Below are positions 20,019 to 32,205 of a stretch of DNA of 64,000 nt, piece after piece. The notes under the pieces are model-generated. The model was not told the origin of the DNA. It saw nothing but the letters and a program-made list of their open reading frames with translations, and did no database searches. Position 1 is the first letter of the stretch; each line of letters opens with the position of its first letter. Origin of the DNA: Squalus acanthias (Eukaryota). The stretch covers positions 121,212,001 through 121,276,000 of the forward strand of contig CM059432.1 in the NCBI GenBank assembly GCA_030390025.1, read 5' to 3'. A program made the translations under genes and the position numbers.

Positions 20019-20487
20019 AAATAATCAGATGCTCATACCTGGAATGGGTGGGTTATCTTATGAGGAAAGGTTAGACAGGCTAGGCTTGTATCGCTGGAGT
20101 TTAGAAGAGTAATAGGTGGCTTGATTGAAACATATAGGGGGAGAAATTCAGTATCGCCCCATTTGGGGCGCAATTATCGGCCGGGCGCCAATGGCGCTAA
20201 TTATCGCCTCCGACTGCAAACTTGACTTTTATCGCCCCTGGAGGTGGTTGGAGCGCTAAATCAGGCGCTACACACCTGTCTTAAGGCGCAAAGGCCGAGG
20301 AGCGAGGCGCTAACTCAGAGCGCGGGCACAGCGCAGGTGCTGTCAGTTAGCGATGGAACACAGACACACTGGCGCCGGACAGTTCTTAAAGGGGAGGGTC
20401 GATCTTGCACTCCAGCCACACCCTGCTAATTGGAGCCTCGAATCTCGGCCTGGAGAGACCTGTGCCTAAATCTTCCAGCCAAGGACT

Positions 20488-22294
20488 ATGGAGAGGGTGA
20501 GAGAACGAGCTCAGCGCTTCAGCGAGCGGACCTTGGATGCTCTGGTTGGCGCGGTGGAGCGCAGAAGATCTATACTGTACCGTGAGAGTGGCAGGAGGCC
20601 TTTGCCGCGCGAGTACAGAAGACTGTGGAGGGAGGTGGCTGAGAGTGTCTCCTCCAGGAGCATGGTGGCCAGGACCCATGTACAATGTCGAAAATAGTTC
20701 AACGACCGCACTCAAAAAAATGGCTTTTTTTCAATACCTCTCCATCCCTCCATCTCAACCTCACTCTATGGCCAGAGGGTCTTAAAACCCCAATGCACAA
20801 CACTCATCCAACACCTATGGCCCTCTCATGAAACACACATGCACATTCCACACTTTGCATAAAGTAAGGGCTATTCACCTATGGGAGGCACATCAGGCAA
20901 GACCATGGCTGCATACAGTAAGGGCTATTCACCTATGGGAGGCACATCAGGCAAGACCATGGCTGTATATTTACTCAGACGCCGTTCTTTTTCTTGCAGG
21001 CCAAGCTATCTCATAATAGGAGACAGCAGCAACGGACGGGTGGAGGGTGGCCTCAGCTGCAAACCCTCAGCGATCTTGAGGCGCGCGTCCAGAGGATTGT
21101 GGCAAGCCAGGTGATCAGTCCCGTCGCCACTGGAGACGCCGACCCCGTTCTGGACAGCAATGGTAAGGTCATTACCTTTTTGTCCTCTGTCCTTCCATTT
21201 GTCCCTCACAACACCAGCCTTTGACACTTTCAATCCAACTTACTAAATCGCTGCACTCATTCCTCCCTTACTGCCCCCCTGTCCTCACGCTAAAGCCACT
21301 CTTGTACCTCCCTGCTTTCAGATGGTGATTCACCAGCTGAGGAGATGGGCCCTCAAGCTGCCAGTGGGAGTGAAGCTGCCGCCGAGGAGGAAGATGAAGG
21401 CGGAGCATCAGCGCCACCCTCTCCCGAGGAAGCCCATGCCCACACTGGGAACACATCTTCCCTGGAGGGGAGCAGGGGGGAAGGGTTTGATGAGGGTGAA
21501 GCTCCAGGACCCAGCGGGCTGCAGCAACGCCACGGGGGTAGGGAAGCTCTGGGGCCTTCTCCCCGGAGAGAGAGTATGCCAGCGAGTCCTACTGCACTGG
21601 ACGCAGAGGAGGAGCGGCTCATCGCTGAAATGAACACCCAGGCGGTGGACATGCACACTGAGCTCATGGGTGCAGTGGAAGGGTGCCCGAATGCATTGAA
21701 TCACTGGCAAGGAGTGTGGAGCACTTCGCTGTAGCACAGGTGGATGCCACGCAAATGTTTAGTGCTGCAATTCAGTCAATGGCTGCCATGACCCCATCTG
21801 TGACTGCTCTCATGCAGACTCAGATTGAGGCCACGTGAGCACTGACTGCTGCCATCCTCGATGGTTCATACACATTTCTCCGGGGCTCTCACCGCGCCGC
21901 AGCAGGCCAGCAATCTGTGCTCCAGCAGATTGCTCCGGATGCTGAAGTGCTGCCCCGTGGGAGTGCCAGTGTGTCGGTCGAGCAGGGAGTTGCTGTCCTC
22001 TCTCAAGATGACAGCATTCTTGCTGCCACCACTATCACTTCACTGCACTTGCCACCGCCTGTAGGACAGACTGCTGCCGCCCATGCAGAGTTGGTGCAGT
22101 CTGCAGCCGGGCCTTCCAGGCCCAGAGCTGGTCGAAGCCGTCCTTCAAGGGCATCTGCAGTCTCAGGTTCTGACAATCAGCAGCCTTCCACCAGCCTTGC
22201 TGCAGCCACTGAGTTCCCATTATGGAGGAGCAGTAGGGTGGGAAGGGGGGAAGTGCGCAAGGGAAGGAGATCACCCTCGAAGGGCAAAAAGTAG
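20488..22294 (+). pseudogene. Harbinger Myb/SANT-like DNA-binding gene, 3 exons, disrupted
   Basis: RAQRFSERTLDALV...WREVAESVS...RTHVQCRK*FND; exon 2 AKLSHNRRQQQRTGGG (21000-21162); premature stop and frameshifts. Confidence 0.85.
20863..20970 (+). repeat. 54-bp tandem duplication in Myb-gene intron 1
   Basis: agtaagggctattcacctatgggaggcacatcaggcaagaccatggctg occurs twice. Confidence 0.9.
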
Positions 22295-22593
22295 GAGGTG
22301 TGACAAAATGTTGGTAATTTTTTTATTAAAGGCCGAAGTTCGTGGTCAAACTTTTGAACATTATCTCCAGGTTATGAGAACCAGTTATGTTAATTACTGT
22401 GTTTTTGTGTTTCTTTCTATTAGTTTTTCATGAGGAAATGACACACACAGAGTTTGTGAAATAAATAAGTTTTTGTATTCAAAATGTACATGTTTGGTCT
22501 TTGGAATCATTGCTGCCTTGGCCGGCTTAGGGGTTGCGGGTTGGTTTCATTCATGTTGTTCTCAATGGCAGAAGCCATTTCCTCAGCAGGGGC

Positions 22594-23745
22594 CTAGAAG
22601 CGGCTTGCTATCAGCCGTTGACGGACGGCCCTTCCAGTTTCTACATTGTGGGCCTCCCTCCCGCCTTGGTGCTGCTGATGATCATCCTCCTCCTCTTCCT
22701 CCTCCTCTTCCTCCTCCTCCTCTGGTGGTGCTCCAAGGCCTGGTGGCATTGGCTGGGTCCTGAGGATTGCCAGGTTATGCAGCATGCAGCACACAACTAC
22801 GAAGTGGGAAACTCGCTCAGGCGAGTACTGCAGGGCTCCTCCAGAATGGTCCAGACAGCGGAACCGTTGCTTCAGCATGCCGATTGTGTGCTCAACAATG
22901 TTCCTGGTAGCTTGATGGCTCTCGTTGTACCGCAGCTCAGCAGGGGTGTTGGGCGTACGGAGCGGTGTCATCAGCCAGGTGCTCAGTGGATATCCCTTGT
23001 CCCCAAGAAGCCAACCAACTGGCTGATGCGGTGCCTGGAAAAGTTCTGCCACAGTAGTCTGGTGCAGGATGAATGCATCGTGGCAGCTGCCAGGAGAGTG
23101 GGCATTGACAGCGAGTATCAGCTGTCTGTGGTCACAGACCAACTGAACGTTTAAGGAATGGAACCCCTTTCTGTTGCGGAAATCCTCGGCATTCTCATGC
23201 GGAGCACGCAAAGCCACATGCGTGCAGTCAATGGTGCCCTGCACCATGGGGAAGCCCGCTATTCTAGCAAAGCCCATTGCGCGTTCTTGCTGCTTGTCTG
23301 GGGTCATCGGGAAAGAGATGTACTCTCGTCTCCTTTTAAAGAGGGCATTTGTGACCTGACGGCTGCACCGCGAACTGGGAGATATTGGCGATGTCCCCAG
23401 TAGCTGATTGAAATGAGCCAGTGGCATAAAAGTTCAGAGCCACTGTGATCTTCACTGCCACCGACAGAGATGTCCTGGACCTCAGTTGAGGCTGCAGATC
23501 TGGCTGCAGCAGGTGGCAGAGCTCAGTGACTACCTCCTTGCTGAAGCGCAGCCTTCGCAAACACTGCTCCTCAGACATATTAATATATGTGAATTGTTGG
23601 CGATATACCCTGGGAGGGTAAGGTCTCCTGTACAGAGGCCTGTTGGTCCTCCTCCGTCTGGCCATGATTGCCACTCTCTCTCTGTGTCTCTGTGTCCTCC
23701 GATTCTGGGAGCGCAGGACGACGCCCCCAATCAGTGCAGCCCCCC
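22594..23745 (-). pseudogene. Harbinger (HARBI1-like) DDE transposase, one frameshift near 23365
   Basis: GTIDCTHV, NRKGFHSLNVQ, PGSCHDAFIL, LLGDKGY, VEHTIGMLKQRFRCL, CCMLHN; poly-Glu tail. Confidence 0.92.
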
Positions 23746-24738
23746 AAGTCTCTTGGCAATCAAAGTTATGAAGGTCAAAAACCAAAGTACCTGCAAAGTT
23801 ATGATCAGTAGCCAAAACTACCTCACACAGCGTTGACTCAATGCAGAAGTCTCTCTTTCTCTCTCTCCAAATCTCTCTCTCTCTCTCTCTCAGAACGAGT
23901 GGTGCAAAAATGTCAACCACAGATAAAGACAGGAAGAGGCCCCCTTTAAAAAGCGCCCCCTCAGCCCCACAGCGACTGGGGAGCGTTCCAGTCTTCCGGT
24001 CGTTGCTTGCACCAGACGGAAAGGATGGGGGCACCACTCAATTTCCGCTCCGGGGCGCCACAAGGGCGTTGCACCCTCGTATGATGTCAAGATCTGCGTG
24101 TGCAGGAGATCGCGGCGGTAAAGTTTAGCGTCGCCGCAAAATGTCTAGTTAATTTCGCGAGCGGAGCAAACATCGCTGCGCCCGGGCACTAGTTGCTTTG
24201 CGCCCCATTAGCACCCTCTTAAGGCGCTAACGGGAGGCGCAACCAACTGAATTTTTCCCCCATAAGATCCTGAGGGGTCTGGACAGGGTCGATGTGGAGA
24301 GGATGTTTCCTCTTGTGGGAGAATCTAGAACTAGGGGTCACTGTTTAAAAATAAGGGGTCGCACATTTAAGACAGAGATGAGGAAACATTTTTTCTCACA
24401 GAGGGTCGTGAATCTTTGGAACTCTCTTCCTCAGAGGGCGGTGGAAGCAGAGTCTTTGAATATTTTTAAGGCAGAGGTAGATAGATTCTTGGTAAGCAAG
24501 GGGGTGAAAAGTTATCGGGGGTAGGCGGGAATGTGGAGTAATCGGATCAGCCATGATCTTACTGAATGGCGGAGCAGGCTCGAAGGGCCGAGTGGCCTAC
24601 TCCTGCTCCTAAATCGTAAGTTCGTATGTATGTTCACTTTATCTGCCCCTGGAGTTAAAATGGAGCCCAATATGCCAGCTTGTCATGCAAGCAGAAGAGT
24701 AGCACAGAGTAACTGAAAGTAAACAGAGCAGTTACAAT

Positions 24739-25516
24739 GGCCTACAAATTGGTTCACCCGGGCCTGCCCAAGGCTCACCCGACACTGGGTCTCAGTCCTC
24801 AGTTAAATTAGAGCAGCGAGCTGCAGACATCTGCAGGGCATCCCCAGGCAACGCAACGGCAACAAACACTTCAATTTTGGACTGCTGTATCACCGGCAAT
24901 GGCCCGCAGATAGGTCTTGGAAGAAGGGGGTGGGGGGTGACCGGGAGAGGAAGCAGCTATCGGGAAAGGGAGGGAGGCAATGACCAGGAGAGGGAGGGGG
25001 ACAGCGATCGGGGAGAGCGAGGGAGGCAGTGACCAGATGAGGCAGAGAGGCAATTGGGAGGGGAGGAGCGGTGGTCGGCAGTAGCCCATGGTTTTAACGT
25101 GGAGCTGGGAAGAACACTCCTGCTCCTGCCTGCTTTTGCACAACTTCCCTTTTTGGTGGCAGCCTGCAGCTTTCCTTTTTAAGACAATTGCTCAGTCCTC
25201 ATGTAGATCTGGTTTTCTGGCAGCCCAATCTAACAAAAGGGGCCTCAAACAGGTGTTAGACCCCTCTATTTGCATATGCAAAGGTCCTAGCACTTTTTTC
25301 AGGTGTGGATCCTGGATGCATCTTTTAATGCCTATACCAATATGGTGGGCACACACACATTCTAAGCTCGAGGGGCCGAATGGCCTACTCCTGTTCCTAA
25401 TTTCCTATGAGCCAGAAGTGTGCCACCCACCATATTGGTATAGGTATTGGTATAGACGCTTTCATTGTCTGTTTTATGCCTGTAAAGCGGGCATAGCATC
25501 ATCGAATTTCTAGGCT
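24739..25516. mobile_element. Degenerate MITE-like TIR element
   Basis: Imperfect TIRs ggcctacaaattgg / cgaatttctaggct; no coding capacity. Confidence 0.45.
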
Positions 25517-26399
25517 GCTGTCACATAGTGTGCATTCCTTGTGTGATATCCCTTTAACAATAAAAACCCTAATACTAAAATTATTAATATTCATTATGTG
25601 CACTTTGAACCACTTAAACAAATCTAAGCAACAGGAGGTTGGAAATCCTCCTTTAATGAGAATGCTCTTTTTCTTCTTGATTAATAACCTGCTAATGAAA
25701 TTACATACCCTGAAATAATATATTATAAAGGCACATATCCCAGTGATTTCATTTGTAAGTTGATAGTTATGGGGAAAAGCAGACATGCTCCTGGTTTTCA
25801 TTAAAGCAGGAATTTTGGACCCAAATCATTAAAAAAACATGTTGATACTATGAATGGTACAAATATATCAGAAATAAAATATTTCTCACTGCTTTGTTTT
25901 GAAACAGTTATCATTACAGGTATAATACTTAGTACAAATGTTTGCAATAAGCTTCATTACAATCTCCACTCATTCCAATATTGGTTCTAATTTTCTGAAA
26001 GTACCTTGAATATTCAAGTAGATTAATATTTATTGAGATTGGCACCATTTCCAGAATGACAGGCTGGTGTGTAGAGAGGTCCCTGACACAAATGAACAAC
26101 CTGACTGTCCATATTATGAAATGATTAATGCTCGTCATCACTCTCTATATGCGGTGTGGCGCTATTGACTATTTGTAGTGCTACACATTCTTTCACTTTT
26201 CTTTATTTTCTGTGCCAGTTCTGAATTATGAGGGCAGTTTTGTGCCGTGCACTTTTGTCCACTGGGGACTGGGCTGAAGCCGCTCGGCTTCATTTCAAAT
26301 GAGACTCTTAGCAGCTGTCGGAGAATCAAAACTTTGATCCCATCCGTCTGCACAGGAGCTGAGCCCAGGATCAAAGAAGTGGAAAGGCAATGTTTCTTT

Positions 26400-27345
26400 T
26401 TATTTTATATTTTCCTGGGATGTGGGCGTCGCTGGCAAGGCCAGCATTTATTGCCCATTTCTAATTGCCCTTGAGAAGGTGGTGGTGAGCCACCTTCTTG
26501 AACCGCTGCAGTCCGCGTGGTGAATGTACTCCCACAGTGCTGTAATAGGGAGGGAGTTCCAGGATTTTGACCCAGCGACGATGAAGGATCGGCGATATAC
26601 TTCCAAGTCAGGATGATGTGTTACTTGGAGGGGAACTTGCAGGTGATGGTTTTCCCATGAGCCTGCTGCCCTTGTCCTTCTAGGTGGAAGAGGTCGCGGG
26701 TTTGGGAGGTGCTGCCGAAGAAGCCTTGGCGAGTTGCTGCAGTGCATCTTGTAGATGGTACACACTGCACCCACAGTACGCTGGTGGTGGAGGGAGTGAA
26801 TGTTTAAGGTGGTGGATGATGTGCCAATCAAGTGGGCTGCTTTGTCCTGGATGGTGTCGAGCTTCTTGAGTGTTGTTGGAGCTGCACTCATCCAGGCAAG
26901 TGGAAAGTATTCCATCACACTCCTGACTTGTGCCTTGTAGATTGTGGAAAGGCTTTGGGGAGTCAGGAAGTGAGACACTCGCCACAGAATACCCAGCCTC
27001 TGACCTGCTCTTGTAGCCACAGAATTTATGTGGTTGGTCCAGTTAAGTTTCTGTTCAATGGTGACCCCCAGGATGTTGATGGTGGGGAATTCGGAGATGG
27101 TAATGCCGTTGAATGTCAAGGGGAGGTGATTAGACTCTCGCTTGTTGGAAATAGTCATTACCTGGCACTTGTGTGGCGCGAATGTTACTTGCCACTTATC
27201 AGCCCAAGCCTGAATATCATCCAGGTCTTGCTGCATTCGGGCATGGACTGCTTCATTATCTGAGGAGTTGCAAATGGAACTGAACACTGTGCAATCATCA
27301 GCGAACATCCCCACTTCTAACCTTATGATGGAGGGAAGGTCATGT
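26400..27345 (-). mobile_element. 3' part of a second CR1-group LINE family (RT C-terminus)
   Basis: MFADDCT...QQDLDDIQAWADKWQVTFAPHKCQ...YKAQVRSVMEY; small pieces of the same 3' end at ~31330, ~48470 and ~59045. Confidence 0.85.
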
Positions 27346-28060
27346 TCAAACCTGTTGAACTACCCACTCTCCATAATTCATTTTGAATTGCTAAGTATGT
27401 CCAGAAGCTGTAAACACAAATGATTAACATGCTGGAGCAACAGTGAGGAGCAGTGTAAAAAAAAATAAACCTAATTAAAATTCTCCATTATAGTTCAGTG
27501 CAAGTTTGTTATGATTGATTGTGCAATTGTTAATATGGACATTTTTTATCTTAATAGTCAGACCAACCACTTCCATGATTATCCTGTATTAATTATCTCA
27601 CCAAAGAATGCTACTTTGAAATGTTCTGATATGGGTTTCTTACTGGGCGATATGCTCTAGTATTCAAGTGAGACAAATTCCTTATTAACAGTACAGATGT
27701 GTTTACTCATTCAGGTGGTGTTAGGCTGCAGGGACCACTGACCTGAATACTCGACAGTAAAGCCTCTTCTCGGTTTTGACATGTGAAAATACATCAAAGA
27801 TTGACCTGTGTAAACAAATATATTCCCCAAGTCTGGAGAGAAACAGCAATGAAGGAAGAGAGAGAATGATGTGGTGTCTGATGTTCTCGGAAAATGCAAT
27901 CTTGCTGTGTCAAGTAACAACTGGGGAGGTGTTACAATCTTTTTCAGCAAGTGGGGGCACGCTATTATAAAGCTTCAGAATCCCTGATCTAATCTATTTA
28001 ATGTTTTTATGATGTTAAGCATTGCTACTTTCATCCCCCTATCAATAATGTTCTCCTGTC

Positions 28061-30501
28061 TTCTAGAAATTCGTTTGCCCCCAAAAATGGGTGTGGCGAT
28101 CGCGATGCAGGATCAACCCATGCCCGTTCAAAGTAATTCAGGTAGCATGCTAACTTTGTGCTGCCTACTGATTAACATGAATGTGGCGTGCAGCGCTGAA
28201 TTTATTGCTGAGTGGCTGCACGCTCAGCAGAGGGCCCAAGTTCATACAAGGCAAGCAACAAGTAAAGCTAGCCTGCACTTCTTCAAGGCAGTCTGCACCT
28301 CTTAAAGGGGAGGTGCTTTCTGCCTGCAGCAGTTCATTCAACTGGCTGGGAAAAAGTACTACTGATGTCACAACAGGGTAGAGAGCTTGCTCTAAGTTTT
28401 TCCGATGCAGCACTGGAGGCCTTGGTGCAGAAGGTGAATAGGAAAGCAGATTTCCTGTTTCCACAGGGGGGCAGGAGGCCCTCCAGGCAAATCTGGAAAA
28501 GGAAATGGCAGGAGATAGCCATCATGGTAATTGCCAGCAGCCCCGAGGACTTGGATGCAGTGTAGGAAGATGTTTAATGACATCTCACAAGTGGTCAAAG
28601 TCAGTGAATTCATCTTCAAATGCCATCTCCCACCATCTGTACCACTAGCCTCACACACTGCTCAATGCACCACACCCCAATCACTCACCCAGCAACAATC
28701 TCTACCAAACATGACTCATACCTCACATTTATAGCTTCACCTCACCCTCACACACTTCCACTGCTGCAAGCCTCACACCCTCATCTCACAGCTTGCAAAC
28801 ACTGTCAGCTATTCAACCATGACAGGCATATCACCTAAACACATTGCCCCACACTCACTGACACACTTCCCTTTCTCTTGCAGGGCAAGGTACCTCACAA
28901 CCAGAGGCAGCAGGACCTAATTGGCAGGGGACAAGTGCGCCTGCATGTCCTAACCCCAATGGAGGAGACAGTGCTGGCCATTATTCGAAAGGCCATCACT
29001 GAGCCCATGGCCAGTGGCCAGTGGAAAAGCTGAAACAATACAAGATGACGGTATCCTCATACATAATCTGCTGGAAATCATGGGCTCCAAGCTCTGCGCA
29101 AAGCCCTGTGCAAGATTGGTGATGGACTCCTCCATGCTCTTTGACATTGCAGTCAGGCTATCTGGCAGGCTTCCCAATGCACCAAGCATTTCTTTGTGCA
29201 TACCCATGAGCCTTCTCCTGCAGGCCACCCCACTGAAGTCCTCACCTGAGTCCTCTGCAGCAGAACTCGTGTGCTGCTGCAGAGGACTCAGAACAACAGA
29301 AACCACCTAACATCTGAGTGCTGCAGTGGAAGCTTAGACTTCTGTCATGCAAGCTCAGACTGCTCTCATGCCAGAGACCTTGCTGTCGCCTGCTAGCCAG
29401 CTCAGACTGCTGCCGTCCATGCCGAGGTGGTGCAGTCTAAAGACGGGCCTTCTAGGCCCAGAGTTGCTCGAGGCCGCCCTCCAAGGCTATCTGCTGTCTC
29501 CTCCATGGAAAGTCAACAGTCTTCCACCAGCCATGCTGCTGCCACTGGGGTAGCACGTTGTAGGAGAACTGGGACAGGCAAAGGCACATGGAAGACAGGC
29601 ACTAAGGGAATGCACAGGGGTGATTAGTTGATTTTTTGATGTTATATTGGATAGATTGATATATAAAGTTGGTTTGGAATGTTTCTTTTGTGGTGGATTT
29701 TATTTCAGCATTTTTGCCAAAAGGACGCTTTGATGCTCTGGACAGAGGGGTGGTAAGGTGTGTGACAGTTGTACAATGGGGATTTGGGGTTGTGTTCAGG
29801 GGAATCATAGTCAAAAGAGGCGCTCAGGGACAGCCCGGCTGGAGACGGGATGTGCTGGTTGTCTCCTCTTCCTGCTCCTCCTCTTCCTCCTCCCCTCCTC
29901 CTCCTCCCTCTACGAGCAGCTTGTCCTCTTCTTTGCTGCCTCTGCTCCATCTCCCTGTCATTCTGCAGGCCAAGGGGGATGGCAACTACAGAACCCATGA
30001 CTGGGAGCATGTGGTCTGATCAGAACCCTTGAAGTCAGAAGCAGGGCCTTCTCCACTTGCAGCACCACCCCCTGTCACCTCACCAACTTTAAACAACTCT
30101 GGAAAGCACCAAGCTCTTCTACAAATTTATACAGAACCAGTAGAAATTAATCAGCGACTAACCTGAGAGTGGTCGCTGATCCCTTTAAATATCGCTGGTA
30201 GGGGGTCCTTGCTGCGGCTGAACGCATCTACAGCTGTGCGAGGTTAAGACAGGGCATTAGCTCCAGCGCTGAGGACGAAAATGGCAGCGCTGGCGTCAAA
30301 TCAGCGTTGCACGCAAATTGACGTCACAATTTCCCCACTCAACATACTTCCAGCGCATGCTTCTAATGCCCATCCTCCCGCCCTTACCAAAATGGCGATC
30401 AGCGCGGCCCGCACCAGAAGAGTGCGCAGGCACCATTTTCGACACAAAACGGCACCTATAGTGCCGATAAAATCGGGCACTACGGAGCTGAATTCCTTGT
30501 C
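28061..30501. mobile_element. Internally deleted Harbinger element: Myb gene remnant (+), transposase almost entirely lost, internal inversion
   Basis: MSQQGRELALSFSDAALEALV...RTWMQCRKMFND at 28365-28610; degenerate gaaattc/gaattc termini. Confidence 0.7.
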
Positions 30502-30890
30502 TACTGACTCATGCTGGGTATGGTTCCCTAGGTGTCAATTGCTAACCAGTTTGTCAGCTAGGTACCCCTTCTTCGTGTGTGTGTCTGGCCTGTGAGTGTT
30601 AACAGGCTATTTGATTTGAGGGAGCATCACAGCCGAGACCAATCTTATTCCTCATGCACTTTTGATCTGGAATCATTGTATAAATCAGCAGCAGGAATCC
30701 TGATTGCTTTTCCCCCTCCTTATCCCATGGGTACTGACAGAGTGGCTCAAATCAATTACCTTAATAAAGAACAGAGATCATTCTGGTCTGTACTGCACCG
30801 TACAATACCAGGCTGTACAGTTATCCACGAGCCATTATGGGAGCTTATCTATTAACATTTAAACTGTAAGATGAACACTTTAGCCTAAAA

Positions 30891-31020
30891 TTTACAAGTG
30901 CGTGTTGGCGGTGGGGAACATCGCCCCACACCAACACATATCGGAAAACTGCCAGTGATTTTCCGAATATGCATTGGTGGCAAGTGAGGATCCCCACCAC
31001 CAGTGCGTGCTTGGGAAATG
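30891..31020. repeat. Imperfect ~130 bp palindrome (old hairpin/MITE)
   Basis: Arms caagtgcgtgttggcggtgggga...tcggaaaa and ttttccga...tccccaccaccagtgcgtgcttg. Confidence 0.65.
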
Positions 31021-32205
31021 ACTCCCTCTATATAAAGCAGACGACTGAAATGCATTGGCGGCAGACCTTAGCAACCTTCAATAGCAGAGAGGAGAGGATA
31101 GTGGCACTCGCGTCAACCGAAACCCACACGTCGGACACAATTGCTTACTACTAATTCCAGAATATTCAGTACAAGAGAGATGCAAAAAGGGGCAATAAAC
31201 CCTGGGCATCCTTCGCAAGCTCTCAATGTTATTAGCTAGCTGGCTTGACAGAGACGGGGAAAACAGCATTGTGGTACATTCACAATTAGTTAATTCGCAG
31301 TAATGTGAACGCTTTTGTTTATATTCAGTCTCGAGGCGTGGGCATCTCTGGCAAGGCCGTCATTTATTGGCCCCAGTTGCCTTTGAGAAATTCGTGACGA
31401 GCTTTCTTGGTGAACCACTGCAGTCCATATTCTTTATAGTGGTTTGATACAGCTGAGTCAACCATGTTTGTGTGGGACTGGAGTCACATGTATGCCAGAC
31501 CAGTTAAGGACATCTGTGAACTAGCTGGGTTTTTTACGACAATCCGACGACACCATGGTAACTAACTTTTTATTTCCGGATTTTTCTTCAAACAGAAATA
31601 AAATTCTCAACCTGCCATGGTGGGATTTGAACTCACATTCTCTGGATTCATCCAGTAACATAACCACTACATAACTGTACCCGTGCGTAAAGGCAAAAAA
31701 ATAACACTTCCCCACCCCTCCAAAAAAAATACCATACCCGTTCTAGATAAAAGTCCATTTCAAGAACTTATAACTTCAAAGTTCTTCCATATGGGCCGAA
31801 TCCTGTATATCATCTTCTCTAAGTGCAGTGATCAACAGACATCTTCCAACATTAATCACAATTTCACATCTTATAATAAATCTGAGCTCTTGGAAATCAG
31901 AACAATTTCCATAAGTCATATTTCTAAATTTCTGTCTTCTGTGCTGGAGAACTTTGAGCGATTCTTCTTCTGTTCAAAGGATTATTATCAATGGATATTC
32001 AAGCTTCAGAGGGAAAGACATGAATGATAACGTGTCATTTTAGATTTTTGGATCACTTCATAGCTTCCAAGCAGTGTGACTGAAGAAGATGTATTATAAT
32101 GTTCACAGACACCACTCTTGCTAAATGTATTTCAGCTTCTACTGATTTATCCAATCTGCATAAATGCTTGGTGTTGCTGTCAGCACAAAAGTACAGAAAG
32201 ACTTT

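Larger units (their letters stand above)
20137..24261. mobile_element. Full-length PIF/Harbinger transposon (4125 bp) with convergent Myb-like and transposase genes
   Basis: TIRs gggggagaaattcagt / actgaatttttccccc; ATA TSD inside a CR1; two ORF sets. Confidence 0.93.
3519..24635 (+). mobile_element. 5'-truncated CR1 LINE split into 3519-3574, 19290-19567, ~20035-20136 and 24262-24635 by nested insertions
   Basis: RT C-terminal sequence reads through the junctions (...YYLNG | RLQSSEMQRDLGVLVH...RRFTRLI | PGMGGLSYEERL...IETY | KILRGLDR); tail gttcgtatgtatgttc at ~24620. Confidence 0.8.

Noticed and set aside
22594..23745. Domesticated HARBI1 host gene
   Set aside because: It lies within TIRs and a TSD, has a partner Myb gene, is frameshifted, and has a paralogous copy at 39780-40912.
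31683..32027. 114 aa ORF in unique AT-rich DNA
   Set aside because: No ATG start, recognisable motif or convincing splice signals.
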